Assembly: GCA_046483495.1 (NCBI GenBank)
Contig: JAWODC010000077.1
Coordinates: 5,143 to 69,142, forward strand
Length of the DNA stretch: 64,000 nt
From: Desulfobacterales bacterium
GTDB taxonomy: Bacteria > Desulfobacterota > Desulfobacteria > Desulfobacterales > UBA5616
Direction of reading: 5' to 3'
In this document: positions 33,879 through 42,717 of the stretch, in pieces
How positions within the stretch are numbered: position 1 is the stretch's first letter
How the letters are laid out: every line of letters begins with the position of its first letter
Program-made: the position numbers and the translations under genes
The notes under the pieces: model-generated
Seen by the model: the letters and a program-made list of their open reading frames with translations, nothing else
Databases searched by the model: none
What the model was told of the DNA's origin: nothing

Positions 33879-34295
33879 ATGAAAAATCAAACTGTTACAC
33901 TAGAGGACAAGAATTCAAAGGAGTTTTGCGTACGTGACGGTGAAATGGCCTATGCCGGCATTCACCTGATCATCGAACTGTGGAATGCCCGGCATTTAAC
34001 CAGCCCGTCACGTATTCGTGAAATCCTCATTCAGGCTATCGAAAGGTGCGGAGCGACCTTGCTCAGCATCGACCTTCACATCTTCTCACCCAACGGCGGC
34101 GTCTCAGGCGTAGCCGTCCTCCAGGAATCCCATTTAAGCATTCATACCTGGCCCGAGTATCACTATGCGGCAATCGATATTTTCGTTTGCGGTACGATAA
34201 ATCCCCGCCTGGCCCTGGACGTATTGGAAAAGGGATTCTCTCCCGAGTCGATACAGGTTAAAGAAATAAAAAGGGGGATTGGAATTACGCCATGA
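33879..34295 (+). CDS. speD: S-adenosylmethionine decarboxylase proenzyme (small, class 1 pyruvoyl type)
   Basis: GVAVLQESHLSIHTWPEYHYAAIDIFVCG contains the ES|S self-cleavage motif. Confidence 0.85.
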   Translation: MKNQTVTLEDKNSKEFCVRDGEMAYAGIHLIIELWNARHLTSPSRIREILIQAIERCGATLLSIDLHIFSPNGGVSGVAVLQESHLSIHTWPEYHYAAIDIFVCGTINPRLALDVLEKGFSPESIQVKEIKRGIGITP

Positions 34296-35146
34296 TGTAT
34301 GACAGCCGGTGGATCAGTGAGAAGTGGGAAAATGTCGAAACCCGATACCGGATCAAGACCGTGTTGTATGAGGAAAAAACCCATTTCCAGCACATGGTGG
34401 TTGTGGATTCTTATCAATACGGCAGGATGCTGTTGTTGGACGGGATTGTCCAGACCACGGAAAAAGATGAGTTCGTCTATCACGAAATGATGGTGCACGT
34501 TCCCATGCTTTCCCATTCCAACCCGAAGCGGATTCTGATTATCGGCGGCGGCGACGGCGGCGTACTGCGCGAGGTCCTGAAGCATCCATGTGTAGAAAAT
34601 GCCCACATGGTCGAAATCGATCCGAAAGTAGTCGACTTTTCTTCTAAGTACTTTCCAAATATCAATAAAGGGGCCTTTTCAGACCATCGAGCGGCATTGA
34701 TTTTCGATGACGGGGCGGAATTTGTTGCATCGACTCACGAGAAGTATGATATCGTTATCGTGGATTCACCCGACCCGGTCGGTCCGGCCAAGGTCCTGTT
34801 CGAGGAGAAATTTTATAGTGATGTTTCCGGGCTGATGAAGGCAAACGGCATTATGGTTTGCCAGACCGGATCGCTTCACATGCAGCCGGAAGAGCAGCGA
34901 CACGCAAATCGGGTGTTGGCGAACATGTTTGTCCATGCGAAATTTTATACGTATACCGTTCCCACCTATGTGGGCGGTCTTTTTTCATCGATATTTTGTT
35001 CGAACGGCATCGATCCCGAACAAATTGATTATGAAACGCTTGCGGGAAAAGCCGGCGGCATTTCTCTTAAAACGCAATATTACAATCCCGGGATCCATTT
35101 GGGAGCTTTTTCCCTGCCGGAGTTTTTCAGGGGGAAATTAAAATGA
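34292..35146 (+). CDS. speE: Spermidine synthase / polyamine aminopropyltransferase
   Basis: LLDGIVQTTEKDEFVYHEMMVH, ILIIGGGDGGVLREV and IVDSPDPVGPA. ATGA overlap with speD. Confidence 0.9.
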   Translation: MMYDSRWISEKWENVETRYRIKTVLYEEKTHFQHMVVVDSYQYGRMLLLDGIVQTTEKDEFVYHEMMVHVPMLSHSNPKRILIIGGGDGGVLREVLKHPCVENAHMVEIDPKVVDFSSKYFPNINKGAFSDHRAALIFDDGAEFVASTHEKYDIVIVDSPDPVGPAKVLFEEKFYSDVSGLMKANGIMVCQTGSLHMQPEEQRHANRVLANMFVHAKFYTYTVPTYVGGLFSSIFCSNGIDPEQIDYETLAGKAGGISLKTQYYNPGIHLGAFSLPEFFRGKLK

Positions 35147-35517
35147 CGACCAAAAATGAAAAAGTGACCTTTGGATGGGAATTGATTATGGATTTATACG
35201 GATGTGATCCGGCACAAATCGCCAGTGAAGCCGCTATCCGTGATTACGCCGTTAAGCTTTGCAAACTGCTGAAGATGAAGCCTTATGGAGACCCGCAAAC
35301 ACCGTATTTTGGAGAAAACCAGGAACATACGAAAGGCTATTCCCTGCTTCAGTTCATCGAAACAAGTTCCATAACGGGACATTTTTCCGAGCATACGCGT
35401 GCGGCATATATCAATATATTTTCGTGCAAATGGTACGATATGGCGGCCGCTGAAAACTTTACAAAAAAACATTTCGGCGCAGGTCGGGTCAATTCCAGGT
35501 TTATTGTCCGGGAATAA
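35143..35517 (+). CDS. Second AdoMetDC-fold (pyruvoyl decarboxylase) paralogue
   Basis: WELIMDLYGCD ... LLQFIETSSITGHFSEHTRAAYINIFSC parallels the ES|S..H.(W)PE..(D)IFxC core of small AdoMetDCs. ATGA overlap with speE. Confidence 0.7.
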   Translation: MTTKNEKVTFGWELIMDLYGCDPAQIASEAAIRDYAVKLCKLLKMKPYGDPQTPYFGENQEHTKGYSLLQFIETSSITGHFSEHTRAAYINIFSCKWYDMAAAENFTKKHFGAGRVNSRFIVRE

Positions 35518-35544
35518 AAAAACATTGAATCGGCGGCATTCGAA

Positions 35545-35566
35545 TCGAGCGGGTTTTTGCCCGCTC
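35545..35566. terminator. Stem-loop CGAGCGGG-TTTTTG-CCCGCTCG between convergent genes
   Basis: 8-bp GC-rich stem read directly. No clean U-tract, so it is only a candidate terminator. Confidence 0.4.
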
Positions 35567-35614
35567 GACGTTTACGAAGACAATCTTCCGCTTTTATCCT
35601 GAAAAGCAAAACGT

Positions 35615-36262
35615 TTACTGAACGATAACGATTCCCGCCAGTGTTCCCTTGGGAATGTTTTCCGGACCGGCATTGCTGCCGATGGGGTATATATCCCATC
35701 CCACGGTGGTCACCATTTTGTAGACATCCATTCCCACAGCCTCCATGGAGGGCCGGCTCAGAATGGAAAATCGGCAACGTTTGCCTTCCATAGCCCGGCA
35801 TGTCTCCTCCCGGGAACAAAACGTGTGTCGGCATGAACCGGCTGCAAAGCCGAAAGCGAGGTAATGTCCGTCATAAAACGCCTTCGACTCCAGTTCACTG
35901 ACGATCTTGTACACGTTCTGATAGGCGTCGATCCGCTCTTTGATCGTTGCCTTATCCCTGACGATCACCTCGGAAGGCACTTCCTTGATGAACAGAACCG
36001 CCCATTGGTAATGTTTCAACAAGGCTCTCAACTCGGAGGGCTTTAAGGTATTGGGCGGGCAGTGTGCACCGGTACCGAATCCGAAGCATCGGGGGATTTG
36101 GCATTTCAAGACAACGCGATCGTCTACGATGATGTCTTCAGCCGTGATGACAGCGGCCTTGGTTGCACCCAGCTCAAGGGCTTTTTCCTTATATTTTTCC
36201 AGGTGCTCCTGCAGCTTTTCCGCTTGCATGGAGAGGGTTATTTTTTCGATGGTTTGTGCCAT
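35615..36262 (-). CDS. DUF2284 metal-binding protein
   Basis: VLKCQIPRCFGFGTGAHCPP and CRHTFCSREETC Cys motifs. Start set to MAQTIEK (36262) with an AAGGAAG SD. The upstream extension is occupied by a REP-like element. Confidence 0.6.
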   Translation of the reverse strand: MAQTIEKITLSMQAEKLQEHLEKYKEKALELGATKAAVITAEDIIVDDRVVLKCQIPRCFGFGTGAHCPPNTLKPSELRALLKHYQWAVLFIKEVPSEVIVRDKATIKERIDAYQNVYKIVSELESKAFYDGHYLAFGFAAGSCRHTFCSREETCRAMEGKRCRFSILSRPSMEAVGMDVYKMVTTVGWDIYPIGSNAGPENIPKGTLAGIVIVQ

Positions 36263-36285
36263 TGGTGCTTCCTTGCTTCCTCGTG

Positions 36286-36325
36286 CCATGGAGACGGCTG
36301 ATTCTCTCCGTTTCCGGATGGACAC
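36286..36325 (-). repeat. REP-like element (reverse orientation of the 16828 type)
   Basis: The reverse complement GTGTCCATCCGGAAACGGAGAGAATCAGCCGTCTCCATGG aligns with CATCCGGAAATGGAGTGAATCAGCCGTTTCCGGATGG. Confidence 0.6.
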
Positions 36326-36517
36326 TTACTAAGGGGTAATGCAGATGCGCTGCGACGATTCCGGGTTGCGGTCGAACCGGAAATAAAAATGGGCCGGTAC
36401 CGATGTCGACACGTCTTATCAGAACGGCAGCCGACGGTCAATAAAAAGACTATTCAAGGCATTTTCCGTCCGGTTATGCCGCCAATGCTGCGGCCGCCGT
36501 GATATTCTATTTTTTAC

Positions 36518-36546
36518 TTGACGGTAAAATGAGTGTCTGTTAGTGG
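36518..36546 (+). promoter_or_regulatory. Sigma-70-like promoter TTGACG-N17-TAGTGG
   Basis: Read directly, 90 nt upstream of ATG 36636. Preceded by the same TTTTTAC as the thiolase promoter. Confidence 0.35.
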
Positions 36547-36635
36547 TGTAAGCTTATGTATTTTCTCGCCCGGCAAGGGGGTTTAACGTCTTTAATCATT
36601 GAAAAAAATTTAAATGAAGAGGGAAGGTTTGTGAC

Positions 36636-38696
36636 ATGGAAACTGTTTTAATAAGTCCGGCGAACTACTCTATTTTTGGGATACCGTTGGTCATTTTTTC
36701 CTTGTTGATTCCGGTTATCGGCGCCGCGGTTTTCGCTTATATAATTACCAAACGACTGGCCCCCCTGGTAAAGGCAGCGCCGGACGATCGGTTCAATCAT
36801 TACGGGAAGCGATTATTCAATGTGCTGAAGATATGGTTGGCCCAGTGGCGCCAGCCCCGTTACAGGACAGCGGGAATAATCCATATCGTCATCTTTTTCG
36901 GGTTCCTGGCGTTGGCCATTCGGTCGACTTCGCTTGTCATTATCGGGATTTCCGAGGATTTCGTCTTTCCGGGCATGAGCGGCGTTCTTGGCCATATTTA
37001 TAATTTTATTAAAGATTATGCAGCGACAGCCGTACTCATCGCGTGTATTGCCGCCGGTTACAGAAGGGCCGTCGTAAAGCCGCCCAGATACGCAGTTCCT
37101 GCCAAGTACGGCCATGATCACACCGCTGAAGCGCTCTTCGTTCTGGCACTGATCTCCACCTTGATGCTGTCCGAAAGCGCCTTTGAGGCAACGCAATTCG
37201 CCGCTGATCGACAGGCGGGATTGAACGGTGAATTCATCGCGCCCCTGTCGCTGGTATGGTTCTGGACACTGATTTTCAGCAACACCTCGATCGAAAGCCT
37301 TCAGGCGATTCATATCTTTTCCTATTACGTTCATGACGTGACCTTTTTCTTTTTCCTCTGTTTCCTGCCGCTGGGCAAGCACTTTCATGTGATTACATCT
37401 ATTTTCAACGTGTTTTTCATGAGATTGAAGCGGGGAAACATCAAGCCGGTCCGTTACGGGGTTCCCGACGAGAAACTGGACGAGCTCGAATCGTTCGGCG
37501 TCAAAAAGCTCGAAGACTTCACATGGAAACATATGCTGGACTTTTACACCTGCGCCGATTGCGGACGATGCTCGGACCAGTGTCCGGCCAATGCCGCCGG
37601 ACGACCATTGTCCCCTCGATTCATTTCGATTAAAGCGCGGGACAAAATGTTCAAAAATTATCCTTTGCGGGGAAACTTTCTGCCCAGTGAACCGCTGATC
37701 GGCGACATCTATGAAGAAGATGAAATCTGGTCCTGCACTACCTGCGGCGCTTGTGAACAGGAATGTCCGCTGGGAATCGAATACATCGATAAAATCGTCG
37801 ATTTAAGGAGGGGCATGGTGGACGAGGGCAATGTGCCCCAGTCCCTGCAGAAGCCTTTGGGTTCTCTGGAAAAGAGAGGCAATCCTTGGGGAAAAATGGA
37901 AAAAAAGCGGGATGAATGGGCAAAAGATCTGCCGGAAAATGTAACCGTAAAAGTTCTTGACGGGAATGCCAAAGCTGATACTCTATATTTTGTGGACAGC
38001 ATTACCTCCTATGACGACCGTATGCAGGATATCGGCCGTGCCACGGCAAAACTACTAACTGTGGCGGGCATCGATTTCGGCATACTGGGGAAAAGCGAAA
38101 AAGACTCTGGAAACGAAGTCAGAAGGTTCGGTGAAGAAATGCTCTTTCAAGACTTGAAAGAGCAGAATACGGAAGCCATCGCCGAATCCGGGGCATCCCG
38201 GATCGTTACGGCGGATCCCCACGCTTATAATGCGTTGAAAAACGAGTATGCGGATGTGCCCCCCGTGGAGCATATCAGCGAGGTGATACTGAAGGCCGTC
38301 AAGTCCGGTGCCATACGCCTGAAGGCCGCCGATGACGATTCCAAGATCTATACGTATCATGATCCCTGCTATTTAGGGCGCCACAACGCGATTTATGAAG
38401 AGCCCAGGCAGGTCCTGGATGCCATACCCGGTTTGCGGCGGGTTGAAATGACCAAATCCCGTGATCGGTCTTTTTGCTGCGGCGGCGGTGGACTCATGCT
38501 GTTTTACGAGCCGGAGGAAGAGCAGCGCATGGGTGTCCTCAGAGTTGAAATGGCCAGGGCGGCCGGTGCCGACGTTATCGTGACAGCCTGTCCGTTCTGC
38601 CTGGTCAACATCGAAGATGCCATTAAAGTGGCGGGCTTGGAAGGCCAGATGGAAGTCATTGAACTGGCAGAGTTGGTTGAAAGGCATATTGGATAA
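36636..38696 (+). CDS. Membrane-bound Fe-S oxidoreductase (N-terminal multi-TM cytochrome-b-like domain + 2x[4Fe-4S] + two CCG domains), Etf:quinone-oxidoreductase-type
   Basis: 686 aa. About 5-6 TM helices, CADCGRCSDQCP, CTTCGACEQECP, YHDPCYLGRHN..SFCCGGGG and TACPFCLVN. Immediately followed by etfB and etfA. Confidence 0.85.
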   Translation: METVLISPANYSIFGIPLVIFSLLIPVIGAAVFAYIITKRLAPLVKAAPDDRFNHYGKRLFNVLKIWLAQWRQPRYRTAGIIHIVIFFGFLALAIRSTSLVIIGISEDFVFPGMSGVLGHIYNFIKDYAATAVLIACIAAGYRRAVVKPPRYAVPAKYGHDHTAEALFVLALISTLMLSESAFEATQFAADRQAGLNGEFIAPLSLVWFWTLIFSNTSIESLQAIHIFSYYVHDVTFFFFLCFLPLGKHFHVITSIFNVFFMRLKRGNIKPVRYGVPDEKLDELESFGVKKLEDFTWKHMLDFYTCADCGRCSDQCPANAAGRPLSPRFISIKARDKMFKNYPLRGNFLPSEPLIGDIYEEDEIWSCTTCGACEQECPLGIEYIDKIVDLRRGMVDEGNVPQSLQKPLGSLEKRGNPWGKMEKKRDEWAKDLPENVTVKVLDGNAKADTLYFVDSITSYDDRMQDIGRATAKLLTVAGIDFGILGKSEKDSGNEVRRFGEEMLFQDLKEQNTEAIAESGASRIVTADPHAYNALKNEYADVPPVEHISEVILKAVKSGAIRLKAADDDSKIYTYHDPCYLGRHNAIYEEPRQVLDAIPGLRRVEMTKSRDRSFCCGGGGLMLFYEPEEEQRMGVLRVEMARAAGADVIVTACPFCLVNIEDAIKVAGLEGQMEVIELAELVERHIG

Positions 38697-38769
38697 GAAA
38701 TATGCCCCGCCTCGGCGGGGTCGGTTCAGAGCCCCTTTCTTCACATACAATTTAACTTGGGAGGATGAA

Positions 38770-39561
38770 ATGGAGATTTTAGTATGCGTTAAGAGAGTTC
38801 CCGATACCGCGGAAAACGAGATAGAAGTGAGAAAAGACGGTACGGACATCGTCCGTGAGGATCTCGTTTATTCCGTAAATGAATGGGACAATTATGCCGT
38901 GGAAGAGGCGATCCAGATCGTTGAGGACAAAGGCGGTTCCGTCACCGTGGTAACCGTCGGTGATGATGATTCCGAAGAAGTGCTGAGGCGGGAAATGGCC
39001 ATGGGCGCGGACAATGGTCTTTTGCTCAAGGATGCCGCTTTCGACAAATCCGACGGCCGGGGAGTCGCCGCTATACTCAAAGCCGCGGTGGAAAAGGGCA
39101 ATTACGACCTGATCATGTGCGGCGCCCAGGCGGATGACCAGGCGGCGCAGGTTGGTGGTATGCTGGCCGCCATGCTCGATGTTCCCTATGCATCCCTCGT
39201 CAATTCTATCGAAGTCGTTGATGACAAGAAGCTCAAGGTAGGCCGCGAAATCGAAGGGGGCAATCAGGAAATGAATGAAATCGACCTTCCCTGTGTGGTT
39301 TCCATCCAGACGGGTATCAATGAACCCCGTTATGTGGGAATTCGGGGCATTCGCAAAGTCGCCTCTGTTGAGATTCCCGTGCATGGCGCCGCTGATTTGG
39401 GGGTCGATACGGGAACCGTCGGGCAAGATGGAGCCAAGGTAAAGATGGTGGATTACTTTGTGCCCGAATTGGGTGAAGGCGCTGAGATGCTCACGGGAAG
39501 CACGGAAGAGATCGTCGAAAAACTGATTGAACTCTTAAAATCCAAAGGAGGGCTCAAATAA
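38770..39561 (+). CDS. etfB: Electron transfer flavoprotein beta subunit
   Basis: MEILVCVKRVPDT.. with GGAGGA-like SD. The ORF-track start 38617 overlaps the upstream gene and was rejected. Confidence 0.9.
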   Translation: MEILVCVKRVPDTAENEIEVRKDGTDIVREDLVYSVNEWDNYAVEEAIQIVEDKGGSVTVVTVGDDDSEEVLRREMAMGADNGLLLKDAAFDKSDGRGVAAILKAAVEKGNYDLIMCGAQADDQAAQVGGMLAAMLDVPYASLVNSIEVVDDKKLKVGREIEGGNQEMNEIDLPCVVSIQTGINEPRYVGIRGIRKVASVEIPVHGAADLGVDTGTVGQDGAKVKMVDYFVPELGEGAEMLTGSTEEIVEKLIELLKSKGGLK

Positions 39562-40523
39562 TGGCTGGTAAAGTGTTTGCATACATCGAGCATATGGAAG
39601 GGATCGCCGACGATACAGCCCTGGAACTGGTAAATGCCGGGAAAAAAATTGCCGGTGGTGCGGGTATGACGGCATTGGTATTCGGCTCGGGTATCGAAGC
39701 CTTGTGCAACGAAATGGCTGCATCCTTCAGTGAAGTCTGGAAAATCGATAATGATGCTTTTTCGTATCCCAATGCGGAAGTGATTCGAAAAGCGCTGCTG
39801 AAGATCCTGCCGTCGGATGCCGTTGTGCTGGTGCCCCATGACACCTTTGGAATGGATCTGGCCCCCGGCCTGTCGATTAAAATGGAATCCCCGTTTTTGG
39901 CCGACGTAATCGATTATGAGGTGGAGGGTTCCGGTTTAACGGCTGTTCGCCAGGAATACAGCGGACAGGCTCATGCCCACATGTCCTGCGATCTTTCAGC
40001 CGGAGCGGTGATCAACGTGCGTCCCGGCGTTTTTCAGCCGGACGAAAGCAAATCCGCCGGTGGACAGGTTGTCGATAAATCCGGTGATATCGGTGAGATA
40101 GCCGCCGGACGCCGATTTCTGGAAGTCGTTGAAGCCGAAGCGGGTGAAGTGGATATTACGAAATCCGATGTGCTGGTGTCCGTCGGCCGTGGTATCGAAG
40201 ACGAAGAAAACATCGAAATAGCCCAGGAACTCGCCGATGCCATGGGTGCCGTGGTATCCTGCTCCCGGCCTATCGTGGATGCCAAGTGGCTTGAAAAATC
40301 CCGGCAGGTGGGCACCTCCGGGCAGACTGTTAAACCCAAGGTCTACCTGGCCATGGGAATCAGCGGATCATTTCAGCACCTCGGCGGTATCAAGGGGAAT
40401 CCCTTTATCGTCGCGGTCAACAAGAATCCCAAGGCTCCGATCTTCCAGGTCGCCGATGTCGGAGTGGAAGCAGATATTCTTGAATTCATGCCGGCGTTAA
40501 CCGAGGCCATTAAGGCATTGTAA
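39561..40523 (+). CDS. etfA: Electron transfer flavoprotein alpha subunit
   Basis: SVGRGI..., SRPIVDAKW, QVGTSGQTVKPKVYLAMGISGSFQHLGG. TAATG overlap with etfB. Confidence 0.9.
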   Translation: MAGKVFAYIEHMEGIADDTALELVNAGKKIAGGAGMTALVFGSGIEALCNEMAASFSEVWKIDNDAFSYPNAEVIRKALLKILPSDAVVLVPHDTFGMDLAPGLSIKMESPFLADVIDYEVEGSGLTAVRQEYSGQAHAHMSCDLSAGAVINVRPGVFQPDESKSAGGQVVDKSGDIGEIAAGRRFLEVVEAEAGEVDITKSDVLVSVGRGIEDEENIEIAQELADAMGAVVSCSRPIVDAKWLEKSRQVGTSGQTVKPKVYLAMGISGSFQHLGGIKGNPFIVAVNKNPKAPIFQVADVGVEADILEFMPALTEAIKAL

Positions 40524-40538
40524 GCATTAAAACGACAC

Positions 40539-40573
40539 AAAGCCGGCTGCGGCATCGATGAGCAGCCGGCTTT
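40539..40573. terminator. 12-bp stem-loop AAAGCCGGCTGC-N11-GCAGCCGGCTTT between convergent etfA and helicase
   Basis: Read directly. A short T run is incorporated in the 3' arm. Confidence 0.5.
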
Positions 40574-40623
40574 CATGATGCCGTCCAAAACGCATTTTTC
40601 TTCTCGAGGGACGAAAAGCCCGC

Positions 40624-42717
40624 CTATAAAGCCGTTTCTTCAAACTGAACGGGTTCCCGCAAAATCAGCGCCAGAGCTTCTTTTGCACACTGGGCATGTT
40701 CGGGAAATCGGCTCTTCAAACCCTGGACATGGCGAAGGTTGTCCGCAGTCCTTAAAATCAGCATCACGAGGTTCCCCGGTTCCATCTCGGACAGTGCCAC
40801 GACTCTTTCCCATGGGTGGCCTACGGCCCATGCGTAAATTGTCGCCATCGGCCTCAAGAAAAACGGCCGGATTTCGAATTGCTCCGCCTCCAGCCGGGTC
40901 ATCAATGGTTGAAGTTGTTTTTGAAGCTTCCGATAAACCTTGATCATCTTGTTCGGGGCGAATGCTGCTTCGATTTGGTCGCTGGATTCCGTCTCATTGA
41001 CAAAAATCGAAATCGTCGCCGCCAGAAGGGCCGGGTCTGAATCGGGGTACAGGTTTTTTCGAAAACCCTCTGCGATCAGCAGCGGTTGGTCGACCCGCAG
41101 TTGAGCGGCCCATAAGCCGTCCTCGGTCAATGTGTTGTCGGCCGCAACGAAGCCGTTGATCTGAAGGAAAGCCAGATGACGGTAAAAATCGTGTACGAGG
41201 TATTGTTCGATGAACAATTTCCGGCCGGTCCCCTTTTTCTTCCGGCTGATCTGAAAGGCGGCAAAACTCTTGGACAATAAATCCACGATTTGGCCGGGCG
41301 AGTGCGACAAAAGAAGGTTCAATACCATTGAAAAATTAATACGAATTTGACTGTCGACCGGAGAGGGGGGCATATGCATCAATTTGGCGACATGCCGTAT
41401 ATCCATGAATTTGCCGGGCAGTATGACGGCGAACCCGATCTTATCCATGCCCCTGCGTCCGGCACGACCGGTCATCTGGTGAAACTGCGTGGCATCCAGC
41501 GGCACAAACTCCCTTCCGTTGAACCGGTCCGAATTCAACAGAACGATGGATCTGGCCGGAAAATTGACGCCTGCCGCAACCGTTGAGGTGGCGAATATGG
41601 CGTCCAGCAATCCCTCGGTCATCAATCTCTCCAGCACCAGTTTCCAGGCAGGGAGCTGACCACTGTGGTGGGATCCTATGCCCAGGCGTTCGAGGTGTCG
41701 GCGCTGCGGATGGGTGGACAAGTGATCACTGGCGGCGGTCAATTCCTCGAATCGTCTTTGCCGGGGTTCGGCTTTCAGCGTCCGATCCGTATTTTGTCCG
41801 CACAATTCCAATGCGGCGTCACAGTCTGCACGCGATTTCAGAAAGAAAATTGCGGGCAGCAGACGGTATTTCCGCAGCACTTTCAATATTTCTCCAAAGG
41901 GCGGCAGCCGGTGGGGCGGTGCCAAAAAACGGGGGCGCTTTTCTTTCAGGTAGGACGAAACTTTTTTATCGAGACGGGTTGCCTTGTTGTCGGAGGGGTT
42001 TGTAATCAGCGGATGCAGGGTGCCGGAAGGATGAAAAAAAAGTGGAAACAGGGGAACCGGACGCTTGTATTCGGCTACCACTTCACACATGTTGGCCCGT
42101 ATTTCCCCTATCCATTGAGCAATTTGCAGCGCATTGCCGATTGTCGCGGAAAGGAGCAGCAGCGGTATTCGAGAGGGGAGATAGATGATAATTTCTTCCC
42201 ACACCACCCCTCTTTCTTCGTCCCCCAGAAAGTGGGCTTCATCCAGAATGACGAAATCGAAGGGAAGAATGGCGCCTATATGCATGGCGTCATACAGCTG
42301 ATTTCGAAGCACTTCGGTTGTTCCGACAATGATGGAGGCATCGGGATTTTCTTTTCGATCCCCTGTCAAAATGCCGACCTTTTCGGGTCCGAAAAGCTTC
42401 CCGAACTCCATAAATTTTGCGTTGGAGAGCGCTTTTAACGGTGAGGCATACCAGGATCGTTTGCCGGCATTGAGCATATGAACGATCCGCTGTTCAGCAA
42501 TCCATGTCTTGCCCGCACCGGTCGGCGCTGTTACCAGGCAGTCGGAACGCACTGAAATGTCAACGGCCTCGACTTGAAACCTGTCCGGAACGAACGGCTT
42601 TTTTCGAGGTGTGCCGATATCGGCAAAAATTTTCCGAAGCCTGGTATCTGCGGCCGGTTTAATCCGCGCCCGCCCTCGGCCCTTCTGCCGGCGGGCGGCA
42701 TTGAATTGTGTCCTCAT
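40624..42717 (-). CDS. SF2 DEAD/DEAH-box helicase, Ski2/HelY-like with DSHCT-like C-terminus
   Basis: APTGAGKTW (motif I), ILDEAHFLGD (motif II), LSAT, HHSGQLP, and TGRAGRRG (motif VI). 697 aa. Confidence 0.85.
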   Translation of the reverse strand: MRTQFNAARRQKGRGRARIKPAADTRLRKIFADIGTPRKKPFVPDRFQVEAVDISVRSDCLVTAPTGAGKTWIAEQRIVHMLNAGKRSWYASPLKALSNAKFMEFGKLFGPEKVGILTGDRKENPDASIIVGTTEVLRNQLYDAMHIGAILPFDFVILDEAHFLGDEERGVVWEEIIIYLPSRIPLLLLSATIGNALQIAQWIGEIRANMCEVVAEYKRPVPLFPLFFHPSGTLHPLITNPSDNKATRLDKKVSSYLKEKRPRFLAPPHRLPPFGEILKVLRKYRLLPAIFFLKSRADCDAALELCGQNTDRTLKAEPRQRRFEELTAASDHLSTHPQRRHLERLGIGSHHSGQLPAWKLVLERLMTEGLLDAIFATSTVAAGVNFPARSIVLLNSDRFNGREFVPLDATQFHQMTGRAGRRGMDKIGFAVILPGKFMDIRHVAKLMHMPPSPVDSQIRINFSMVLNLLLSHSPGQIVDLLSKSFAAFQISRKKKGTGRKLFIEQYLVHDFYRHLAFLQINGFVAADNTLTEDGLWAAQLRVDQPLLIAEGFRKNLYPDSDPALLAATISIFVNETESSDQIEAAFAPNKMIKVYRKLQKQLQPLMTRLEAEQFEIRPFFLRPMATIYAWAVGHPWERVVALSEMEPGNLVMLILRTADNLRHVQGLKSRFPEHAQCAKEALALILREPVQFEETAL

